Assembly: GCA_963714685.1 (NCBI GenBank)
Contig: CAVQPH010000015.1
Location: 46,513 to 110,512, forward strand
Direction: 5' to 3'
Origin: Pirellulaceae bacterium
GTDB lineage: Bacteria; Planctomycetota; Planctomycetia; Pirellulales; Pirellulaceae
DNA: 64,000 bases
The first letter of the stretch is position 1; every line of letters starts with the position of its first letter. This document shows, one piece after another, positions 43,741 to 52,800 of the stretch. The notes below the pieces were generated by a model. It was not told the DNA's origin. It did no database searches and saw only the letters and a program-made list of their open reading frames with translations. The translations under genes and the position numbers were made by a program.

Positions 43741-44298
43741 ATGAAAACATTGGGCAATTGGGCGTTGTTGTCTTGGATGACGATGGGATTAATCTTGAAC
43801 ATTGGATGTGGCGGGCCTGACAAAGGAGGCCCCATCGCTCCAGTATTCGGGGTTTTACTGCTCGATGGCACCCCATTTCCTGGCGTTGAAATTGTGTTCT
43901 CACCGATCGGAGTTGAGGGCAATGTGAATCCGGGGCCCTACTCTTTCGGAACAACCGACGCGCAGGGTAAATTCGAATTGAAAACTCGGTACGGTGACGA
44001 AGGGGCCGTGATCGCCAGACATCTGGTTTCCTTCCAGTATCCCGACTTGGAGTCCGGGGCGATGGATGTTCTGCGGGCCGAACTTCAGGAAGCCAAAGAC
44101 GCGGTGAAGACCGTGGACGAGGAACTTTCTGCAGAAGACGCCGAGAATGCCGCCGCCGCAATTCAAGCTCAAATCAATGCGACCAACGAGAAACTCAAAG
44201 GGCGTCGCATGATCCCGGCCACGGCCGACCGTGAAATGAAAGTCCCGGAAAGCGGCTTGCCCGATCTGAAAATCGAGTTGGTCAGCGATGAAAAATGA
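43741..44298 (+). CDS. DUF1559-associated lipoprotein (carboxypeptidase regulatory-like fold), copy 1
   Basis: Lipobox LNIG|C, PVFGVLLLDGTP, TTDAQGKFELKT, GAVIARHLV. Confidence 0.85.
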   Translation: MKTLGNWALLSWMTMGLILNIGCGGPDKGGPIAPVFGVLLLDGTPFPGVEIVFSPIGVEGNVNPGPYSFGTTDAQGKFELKTRYGDEGAVIARHLVSFQYPDLESGAMDVLRAELQEAKDAVKTVDEELSAEDAENAAAAIQAQINATNEKLKGRRMIPATADREMKVPESGLPDLKIELVSDEK

Positions 44299-44947
44299 TG
44301 CAGTTCAGTGGTATGTCTTCAAAAGGCTGAGTCCACAAGAAACGAATTGGCGGTGGACGCCGTTGCGGTTTCATGCAGCCTAGCAGCGTGACGGAATGGC
44401 ATCCCAGCAAGCTACACCGCGACGCAATCTCACAATGAGATGAACTTACCTTGATGGATTGTTTCAATCTGAGACGGTGGGCCAAATGTTGCCCGGCTAT
44501 CGCCCAAGGGGACTCACTTTGGCAAAGTACTTCGAAGGAGTTTCAGCAGTTAGCCGGTGGTTGGAGCGAAGCGGATACCACCGGAAATCGAAACTGACTA
44601 CGTCGTTGCGATTCAACGACGACTATTCGGCTCGGTCGAACTGGAATGCTGGTTTTCGTTGTTTTTTTCACAGTTTTTTTGGGTTTCGATTCCGGGCAAT
44701 GGGTACTTTGCTCCGGCTGCTCACGGGCCACACGGGTCAGGCGATAAATCACGGCAACCTGGCGGTTCAATGCACCGCGGTGGGAGCTTCTGAAAATTTC
44801 CAAATTTTGCGAAACCGGACGATGCCAATGCGGTTCGATGATGTTCGTCTGAAGGGATCCGTTTCGATTAATCCAGGCTCGCTCCGATTGATCGGATGCG
44901 ATCGAAACACCCGGATCTTTTTGGTTGGCATTTTACAGGATTCGTAT

Positions 44948-45979
44948 ATGAAAAGATCTCCGGTCCGAATTGGCTTTACGCTGGTCGAGTTGTTGGTTGT
45001 TATCGCCATTATCGGCATTCTGATTGGGATGTTGCTTCCCGCGGTTCAGCAGGTCCGCGAAGCGGCCCGACGTTCGGCATGTTCCAATAACCTGCGACAG
45101 TTGGCCGTGGCTTGCCACAACTACGAAAGTACCAACGAAGCTTTCCCTCCAGGCGTCAATCGGGACACAATTGGTGTGCGCGGTGACGGAGGAAGGCCGG
45201 TCACACCACGGCCCCTGGATCCAACTCAAGGCCGTTGGTACGGATGGGGAATGTATGTGTTGCCGTTTGCTGAGCAGGACAATTTGTTCGCCGAATTCAA
45301 GGCCAACACCAACAGCTTTAACCAGCACTTTTATCTGAACCGGGCTTCCGATGGAGAGTACCTTGCATCGCACGTTTTGCCGGTGTTTATTTGCGCCAGC
45401 GATCCTAAGGATGGTGTCAGAAACCTTAATTACACCCACAAGAACATCATTGCCAACGGCGAAACTCCCTACGCGAAATCGAATTACATCGGCAACGCCG
45501 GTTCTTGCTGGATCTACGAGTCCGCTCAAACCGCTTTCCGGACCGACTGGGGACCGTTGTCCCGTAACTCCAGAACTGGTTTTGGGCTGATCAAGGACGG
45601 TTCCAGCAGCGTGATTCTCCTTGGCGAACGTTCCGGGCGAGATGAAGCCGAGTCCGGTCATCCCAATCCACGGGTCAGTTACGGCGCGATTTGGGCTGGA
45701 TTTCTGTCGAAGGCGAATACCTGGGCCAATGGGGCCGCCGACGCCGACGAGCGCGATGTCGAGTACGCATGTTTGGGCGTGGTGTTCAACGCCACCGCAG
45801 TTGACTGGGGTGTCAACGGACGGCGGACTCCACAATCCATCGCCTCCAGCGATCACCCCGGTGGGGCAAGCGTAGCCATGTGCGACGGTTCGACCCACTT
45901 CCTCAGCGATAACCTGGGAATCAATGTCCTCGAAGATTTGGCTTCGATGTTGGACGGCGATATTGTCTCCAAGTTCTAA
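44948..45979 (+). CDS. DUF1559 prepilin-type protein (copy 2)
   Basis: GFTLVELLVVIAII..., HPGGASVAMCDGST; close paralogue of 42504-43547. The upstream extension to 44459 in the ORF track is probably not translated. Confidence 0.95.
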   Translation: MKRSPVRIGFTLVELLVVIAIIGILIGMLLPAVQQVREAARRSACSNNLRQLAVACHNYESTNEAFPPGVNRDTIGVRGDGGRPVTPRPLDPTQGRWYGWGMYVLPFAEQDNLFAEFKANTNSFNQHFYLNRASDGEYLASHVLPVFICASDPKDGVRNLNYTHKNIIANGETPYAKSNYIGNAGSCWIYESAQTAFRTDWGPLSRNSRTGFGLIKDGSSSVILLGERSGRDEAESGHPNPRVSYGAIWAGFLSKANTWANGAADADERDVEYACLGVVFNATAVDWGVNGRRTPQSIASSDHPGGASVAMCDGSTHFLSDNLGINVLEDLASMLDGDIVSKF

Positions 45980-46025
45980 AGTAGGGTCGTTGACTCAAGA
46001 GCTCGAATTAGCGTGTGAAATGGTG

Positions 46026-46055
46026 AAGCCTGGCCGGAGGGCCGGGCTTTTTTTT
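46026..46055 (+). terminator. Rho-independent terminator after DUF1559 copy 2
   Basis: AAGCCTGGCC-GGAG-GGCCGGGCTT followed by TTTTTT. Confidence 0.75.
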
Positions 46056-46267
46056 GCGCAGGTCTGCTGCATGCCGATCGCATGACCAGTGGCCCAGATA
46101 GTCTGCTGGGGATCGCTAAATCGGCCAAAACTCGGTAATTTATTGGAATCAGCCGATTAGGCAACCGGCGGTCCCAAGGACTCGTTGCCGTCGATCGAAT
46201 TCAACAACGAACGAAGCCTAGGACTGGCTGACCAGTAGAACATCCGTTTGATAAATTGGAAAACAAA

Positions 46268-46816
46268 ATGAAAATGAAATTAATCTCCATAAAACTAGCT
46301 TGCTTGTTCGTTGGAGCGGCAATCTTGACGGGCTGCGGTGGTCCTGACAAAGGTGGGCCAACCGTTCCGGTCAAGGGCGTTGTGACGCTCAATGGCGAAG
46401 CCGTTTCCGGAGTCGAAGTCGTGTTTTCACCGATAGCGGGTAACGACAATCCGAATCCAGGACCCTATTCCCTGGCGACGACCGATGCGAGCGGGAATTT
46501 CGAGTTGAAAACCCGTTATGGCGATGCGGGTGCCGTGGTCGGAAAACACTCGGTATCATTTGAGTTCCCTGAAGCGGACTCGTCGGACATGAGTGCGCTG
46601 CAAGGTGAGCTGGAAACAGCCAAACAGAGGGCGAAAGTTAAAGACGACGAAAACCCGGACGGAGCTGCCAATCGAGTGGTCGAGATTCAAGCCCAGATAG
46701 ACGCGCTCAAAGCCAAGCTCGCCAGCCTGCCCAAGATCCCGGCAGATGCAGGCCGAGAAATCGACGTTCCGGCAGGGGGCGTGACGGACCTGAAAATCGA
46801 GCTGGGAAGTAACTGA
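46268..46816 (+). CDS. DUF1559-associated lipoprotein, copy 2
   Basis: Lipobox ILTG|C, GGPDKGGP, VKGVVTLNGE, TTDASGNFELKTRYGD. Confidence 0.85.
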   Translation: MKMKLISIKLACLFVGAAILTGCGGPDKGGPTVPVKGVVTLNGEAVSGVEVVFSPIAGNDNPNPGPYSLATTDASGNFELKTRYGDAGAVVGKHSVSFEFPEADSSDMSALQGELETAKQRAKVKDDENPDGAANRVVEIQAQIDALKAKLASLPKIPADAGREIDVPAGGVTDLKIELGSN

Positions 46817-47028
46817 TCGGGTATTCCGTATCGGCCGCACGATTCTGAGCGTTGCTACCGATTGTCCCTACTGATTGAGCTGGAAATTTACTAATCGCTT
46901 CGGCTGGTTTTACGCTTGCCGAGGCGTTGGCTTGATGCCAAACGCCTGAATTTTCAAGCTGCAGTTTCTGAATAGACGCTGCGGTTTCTCATTAGTTGGA
47001 CAGCGCCGCTTTGATCAGAATACCCCGC

Positions 47029-47204
47029 TTCCGTCGGGCTTGTCCCGGCCGGAGCGACAACTGGCTGGCTACCCAGCTTAAGCGCAAAAGCCGACACTTT
47101 GGTCGTGAATCGCTTCGTGATTCACGACCATAGTGGAGTGCCAGTGACGAGAGCCTATCTTGTACCTGTTCAATTGTGTTGCCGCCTGGACGAGCCCGAC
47201 GGAA
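47029..47204 (+). ncRNA. ssrS: 6S RNA-like structured RNA
   Basis: 176 nt. The 5' TTCCGTCGGGCTTGTCC pairs with the 3' GGACGAGCCCGACGGAA. Apical stem TGGTCGTGAATCGC-TTC-GTGATTCACGACCA, with a weakly paired centre. The 3' strand ATCTTGTACCTGTTCAA resembles 6S RNAs. A -10-like CAGAAT ends 7 nt upstream and a T tract follows downstream. Confidence 0.7.
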
Positions 47205-47278
47205 AACCGTTTTTTCATTGTCGAAACGTCAAAACTAACGCTGTCCCATTAGGCAGTTTCTCATTGGGCAGCGACTCA

Positions 47279-48914
47279 TTACTTGCCGCGACCACGTCCA
47301 CGCCCTCGACTTCTTCCTCGTCCGGCACCACCGGTGCCGCTACTGCTACTGCCAGATCGGCCGGATCTGGCGTGGTTTTTAAGATTCAAATCGATCAAAA
47401 CCGAAATCGCTTCGTCCCAGGTTGGGAACTTCGATTTTCGGTCAGGACCATCTGAATCCTCCGCAGGCTCAGCCTTCGCGACCGGGAGTCCGTTGACGCG
47501 GAGGACGGTTGGAGTAGCCTACTGGCTTCTCGTCGTCATCGTCGAATTCATCGGCGATGTCGTCAAGCGATTCTTCATCAAGATCCTCGGTTTCATCCGA
47601 TTCGGCCTTGGCTTGATCTTGGCGTTCGCCGCGTCGAGGGCTTCGCCGACGCCGACGCCGACGACTACTTCGCTCGCCGCTTTCCTCTTTGACTTCTTCT
47701 TCGTGTTCCTTGACAGTTGATATGGAGCTCGACTCCAGATCTTCACTGTCGGGCAGGGAATCGTCGATGTCGTCGACTTCATCATCCGCAAACCCCCAGC
47801 CAATCTCATCTTCGAAGGACTGCGTTTTGGTTTGCGTTTTCGGTTCTGATTTGCCAGCGGCGGTTGGAGCCGTGGTTTCGTTTTCGTCACGATCCCGATT
47901 TCTGCCCCGCCCCCGTCGTCGCGACCTGCGTTTCGGCGGACGAGCATTGTCTTCGGCAGCCGGCTGGTTGGCCTGTTCCTGTTCCTGTTCCCGATCATCC
48001 GCCTGCGACTCCTCGGCATCCCGATTGTCCCGCGTCGTTTCGGAAGCGGGCGTTTGGCGACGTGTAGGAGCCGACCGAGGGCGCGAAGAGCCCGCATCTG
48101 AATCGGCTCGTTGGCTGCGTCGGCGTCCCCCACGGCGTCCGTGCTTTTGCACTTCGCCTTCTTCGTAAGGGGACTCGTCCAGATCCTCGATCTCAAACTC
48201 CAGGAACTCTTCGTCCTCGTCCCCATCGGTGGGCTCGGCACTGTCCTCCGGTTCCGCCAGCTCCGATTCCGATTCGGTTTCCTCAAACCGCAGCTCAGGT
48301 TTCTGTTGTCCGGGCTGAAACATCTTGGATAGCGTTGATGGTTCCGCTCCGCTGGTGTCTTCGGTTGCAAAAAGCTCGTCGGCGAATCCCTTTAATTCCG
48401 GTTCGTCGGATTCAGCTGCTTCGACAGGTTCGTCAAATACGGCGCTGGCGTCGGGAAACGTTGATTTGGGGATATCCGGCCGAGGTGTGTCAGATTTCTT
48501 GGGTGATTTCGGTTGGGCCTTGCGAGCCGGCACAGCTTGGACCCTCGGGGCAGCTGGTTTTTTTGCCGGAGTCGGTTTCTTTTCGGGAGTATCCGTCGTT
48601 AAACCTAACGAGCTGGCGAGCTCCGCCCAGTGATCGTCATTTTCGTCTTCCGTCTCGATTGGATCAGCATCGCCTGTGTCGCTCTCGTCATCTGAGCTGG
48701 CAACGCCTAAATCCTCGTCGGAGGAGTATTCTTGCACCACGACGACTTCCTCTGATTCGATGACGATATCTGCGTTAAATTCGTCTTCCGGCCCGTCGGT
48801 TGGAGTGGCAATCTCTTCGACAAGGTCTTCCACGGTTCCCAATTCGTCGTCATCCAGCGGTTCCACCTTTTTCGAAGCATTACCGCCGAAATAGTCATAA
48901 AGTTCGTCTGTCAC
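47279..48914 (-). CDS. Large acidic, intrinsically disordered protein with Arg-rich tracts and an RG-rich tail; frameshift near 47500
   Basis: GTG start with an AGGAG RBS; D/E-rich; KRRSRRRGRGR and RRRRRRR tracts. Another frame gives the C-terminus FPTWDEAISVLIDLNLKNH...GRGRSRGRGRGRGK*. Confidence 0.7.
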
Positions 48915-49166
48915 TTTCGCTCTCCTGAACGATGTATTGGGCACCATGATGCCCCGGGCGGCAGTCGTTTCTGAACTGCCGAATGATTGGTTTTGTCCTG
49001 CTCATAAATATATCGCAAACGATCGCGGCAACGAAGGCCTGCTAAGCTCGATAAACGCGCTTAAGTGCTCTCCCAAACAGCCAATAACCGAGAAAACAGC
49101 CGGCAACGTCAGGGACGAAGGCAAAGATCCGGATTGCCAAGGCTTTTCACATTCTCGGCAGTTAAT

Positions 49167-49195
49167 AAAAAAACCCGGAGTCAAGCCCCGGGTTT
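49167..49195 (-). terminator. Rho-independent terminator
   Basis: AAACCCGG-agtcaagcc-CCGGGTTT with an A-tract on the + strand, just downstream of the 49223 stop. Confidence 0.7.
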
Positions 49196-49222
49196 CGTTG
49201 AAACTGCGATTTGGAACGCGGC

Positions 49223-50726
49223 CTACTGACGAGTCGTCAGCATCGATCCATTGTCGGCGACACCAAACAGGGGTCGATCGTACGAACGGTAGAAACTGTT
49301 GCCGCGAGGATGCCAAGCCATGCCGACATAGATGTTCCAGGCATCACCCAGGTTGCCACCGGCTCGGCCCGAATTGGCTGGAATCTCGGTGCCGTCCAGA
49401 TAATAGGTGAATCCGGCTTGTGCGGAGACGGTGTCACGAATTGGAATGTCGCTGCTGAAAGAAAAAACGGTCTGCTCACTATCGGTCCAGCCGATCGCTC
49501 CCTCACCATAACCGCCGGCACAACCATCCCGACGGCAATAGAACTGGTAGGAATCTTCGCTGGAAATGTTGATCGTGGCGAAGTTGAGCCCGTTGATCGT
49601 CCCCGGTTGATTGTCGTCCTGGACATTCGTGGCCCAGCGAAAGCCAAACGACCCGCCGTTGGGGAATACCCATCCGAAATCACTTCGAGTTGGACCGTCT
49701 CCGAATTTTCGGTCGTAAACCAGTCGTCCCACAGAATATCTGCAACGACACCCATCTGGAATCCGTAATCGACCCGGCGATAGAGCCCGGTCGTCAGAAA
49801 GATTTGGTTGCGGTCTGCCGGTGTAAATTCGTTGCCATTGAAATTCGTCTGGGTGGCTCGCAAACCAAATTGGCCGGACAATAGCCCGCAGCTCAGCCGG
49901 CACAGCGGAATTCCCACGTTGAATCCCTCGTAGAATCCAAAACTGCAGTCACCCAGCAGATTGCCCGAGGTACTGGTTGGATCAGCAAACAAACCGTTTT
50001 GAAACCCGTTCGCTCCAGCAAAGTACTCAGCGTTGCGAAGCAATCCACCAAAGCTGGTGATCCAGCAGGGCCCCGGAGGACAGCCACCTCGGCCACAGCA
50101 GTCATCGCAGGAACTGAAGTACGAATCGCCACACGTCGCGCATCCGCCGTCGGTCACGTAGCCTTCGTCGACATAGCCTCCATCGACATAGCCTCCGTCG
50201 ACATAGCCTCCGTCGACAACCGTTTCATAGCTGCCCATCATCGGAGCGGTCGATTGACCGACGATCGGGGAACCCCCTTCGATCACACTGGATTCCGACA
50301 ATTGCGCCATCCTGGTCTGCATTCCCATGCCGCGATTGGCCATTCGATTCGGTGCGCACCCTGACCGGAATAAACGGTTCGTCCTGGGGATTGCTGAACC
50401 ACGCCGGAACCGAACGTCCGGTTGCTTGTTTGTGGTCGCGTTGTTCTGGGTAACTGGTTGGTTGGTGCTTGAGCGATGTGGCGAGTTCCCGCAGGCTCGG
50501 GTGGGGCTGCGTAATCGTATCCGACATCCGCACTGGCCGGCCGCACGTTTGGGTCGACCCTGGGATCGCTTTGCCCACTCATGTTGGCCTGTGCTCGCAA
50601 TCTCGCTTGCTGCATCGCCGCGATTCGCCGATTAAACTCGGCTTGCTGAGCTTCGCATAACGAGGTCATCGTGATGAAAGCCGTCAGCACTGCCACGATC
50701 GTCTTCAATTGGGGGGGTGAAAACAT
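49223..50726 (-). CDS. Planctomycete secreted/outer-membrane beta-barrel protein (possibly DUF6666 type), at least 2 frameshifts
   Basis: Signal peptide; Cys/Gly-rich linker; FGFYEGFNVG, RNQIFLTTGLYRRVDYGFQMGVVADIL, WNIYVGMAWHP, RPLFGVADNGS. The family name is from memory. Confidence 0.65.
50156..50218 (-). repeat. In-frame 15-bp tandem repeat (VDGGY x3, then VDEGY)
   Basis: ACATAGCCTCCRTCG units, read directly from the sequence. Confidence 0.8.
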
Positions 50727-50880
50727 TTCGATCTTCCTGTAATTCTGATCAAGGCGCAACGTAGGCGCGCATTCTTGAGTCTGTCAGGAAAATCATCGGA
50801 ATCAGCAAGGTTGACTCTTTCGTCAAACTTCGAATAATCCAAAAACTTATGTCAAAGCACCCAATTTACAAGTTGATTGC

Positions 50881-51792
50881 TCAGCGGTTTTGCTGCGGGT
50901 TCAGCTCTCTTTTTTTACCGTGACCTGCCCCTTTTTTTATTTTCTCTCGAACCCACTGGCGTAGTTGCTCCCGTTCTGGAATGTCTCGCAGGACCCATGT
51001 GTCAGTGTGATTGCGGTAGGGCAGGCGTAAGAACGTGAAATCTCCTGGCCGATCCCGCAAATACTGTTGGACCTCCGCCACCGAACCCTCGTGAGAAATG
51101 AACTGGGGGCGGTCGCCAAGTCGCGACAACCGTTCGGCGGCGGATGGGGGATCAATCTTGGGATAATTCCTGCTTGGTAATCCATCGTAATGGCTGTGAC
51201 AGATAAACCCGCACCAGATGCTAGAAATCTCATCATCGTGCAAGCCGATGAAGTTACAGGCAATCGACCCTCGTGAAAACCCGCAGATCAGCACACGGTC
51301 GCGGTCGCCGCCAAACTGCTCGCAGACCCGATCGACTTCCCGTTTGCAGTATTCCACGGTTGCATCTACATCGCCCCACCACTGCAATTGGTTTCGCTGC
51401 CCGTCCGGACTGATGTAAGGCAAACACAGCCAGATAAAACCCTCGCCACCGCTGATGCCGAAGCCGAGGTTGCAGTCTTCGACTTTGCCAGAACACGTAT
51501 CCCCAAACTGATTTCGGTAGGGACCGTTGCCCGCATACTCAACGATCACGGGGAACGTTTGGCCCGGAGCCCAGTCGGACGGCAGATAAAGACTGTGATG
51601 AACGTCGGTTCCAGCAAATTCACTCGCGGTAATTTTGACTCGTTTGCCCGGCGCTGGTGGGCCCTCTTCCATCGAGGGCGTGCTGACATCGGGTTGGACC
51701 GTACGAATATCCGGTAGTGGCGATTGGGCCCATCCGACGAAAGGGACAATCCAACAGAGGCCGAAGATCCAGATGGCGTACCTGTTAATCAT
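50881..51792 (-). CDS. Secreted alpha/beta-hydrolase-fold protein
   Basis: Signal peptide, LYLPSDW..GQTFPVIVEYAG, nucleophile elbow GFSRG, late His (RNHTD). Confidence 0.7.
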   Translation of the reverse strand: MINRYAIWIFGLCWIVPFVGWAQSPLPDIRTVQPDVSTPSMEEGPPAPGKRVKITASEFAGTDVHHSLYLPSDWAPGQTFPVIVEYAGNGPYRNQFGDTCSGKVEDCNLGFGISGGEGFIWLCLPYISPDGQRNQLQWWGDVDATVEYCKREVDRVCEQFGGDRDRVLICGFSRGSIACNFIGLHDDEISSIWCGFICHSHYDGLPSRNYPKIDPPSAAERLSRLGDRPQFISHEGSVAEVQQYLRDRPGDFTFLRLPYRNHTDTWVLRDIPEREQLRQWVREKIKKGAGHGKKRELNPQQNR

Positions 51793-52568
51793 TCGAAATA
51801 GCTTACCGCATTTTCAAATACGGCCAGGCCATCCGCCTTCTCGGCCAAACCTTCACGCGTCCAGCGTGGGTGATGGGTTGGATCAATATGACGCTCGGGA
51901 TGGGGCATTAGTCCAAAAATTCGCCCCGTATCATCGCAAACGCCCGCGACGTGGGCAGTCGAACCGTTGGGGTTGTGCGGATAAGGGACATGCCCATTGA
52001 GCCCACCGGGACGGCAGTATTTCAGAGCCAGTTGGTGATTGGTCTGCAACTGGTCCAGAATCGAGTCATTTCGCGGTACGAATTTTCCTTCCGCGTGTGC
52101 AATGGGCAAATACATTTGTTCCACATCGCGAAGAAAAACGCATTTGGAACTGTCGGTTTTCAGATTTACCCAGCAGTCAACAAACCGTCCCGAGTCATTC
52201 CAGGTCAGCGTCGCCGGCAGCCCCTCGTCGTCCGGCGGCAACAAGAATCCGGACTTGATCAGGACTTGAAAGCCATTACAAATGCCGAGAATCAATTTTC
52301 CGGATTCCCGAAACTCTGAGATGGTCTCGGATAAACGCGATTGCATCTGGCTGGCGAGGATGCGACCGGCAGCAATATCGTCACCGTAACTGAACCCACC
52401 GGGCAGGCAGAGGATCTGCGCATCGGCAACCAGTGACGGCGATTCGATCAATTGGTTGATATGCACGTAGGTTGGTTTGGCTCCTGCCTGTTCAAACGCA
52501 AAACCAGTTTCCTGATCGCAATTGGTTCCGGGCGCTCGAAGAATCAGAACGGTGGGTTGAGTCGTCAT
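51789..52568 (-). CDS. purQ: Phosphoribosylformylglycinamidine synthase glutaminase subunit
   Basis: PGTNCDQE, PGGFSYGD, GICNGFQ, PIAHAEG, GLMPHPER. Confidence 0.96.
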   Translation of the reverse strand: MTTQPTVLILRAPGTNCDQETGFAFEQAGAKPTYVHINQLIESPSLVADAQILCLPGGFSYGDDIAAGRILASQMQSRLSETISEFRESGKLILGICNGFQVLIKSGFLLPPDDEGLPATLTWNDSGRFVDCWVNLKTDSSKCVFLRDVEQMYLPIAHAEGKFVPRNDSILDQLQTNHQLALKYCRPGGLNGHVPYPHNPNGSTAHVAGVCDDTGRIFGLMPHPERHIDPTHHPRWTREGLAEKADGLAVFENAVSYFE

Positions 52569-52680
52569 GGGATTGGATTTTGGGCTGAAGGTTGCTGGTA
52601 ACTCGCGAGCAAATTTAGTTGGGGAGGTTGGACGAAGTTTTGTTGGGTGGTGGTCGTTGTGGTGCTAGGTGTGGTGCTAG

Positions 52681-52783
52681 GTGGTATTTCGCTCTGCGAA
52701 GTTAAATACATTCGCGGAGCGAATGGCCACGTACTGTGAATGGCCACGTAATGCAAATGGCCACGTACTACAAATGGCCACGT
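52681..52783. repeat. REP-like palindrome followed by four 17-bp tandem repeats of its right foot
   Basis: GTGGTATTTCGCTCTGCGAA...TTCGCGGAGCGAATGGCCAC; AATGGCCACGT starts at 52722, 52739, 52756 and 52773. Confidence 0.8.
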
Positions 52784-52800
52784 GATCATGAATGTTGTTC

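Noticed and set aside
52722-52783. Mini-CRISPR or iteron array
   Set aside because: An 11-bp repeat with 6-nt linkers is too short for CRISPR. There is no rep gene, and the repeats derive from the adjacent palindrome.
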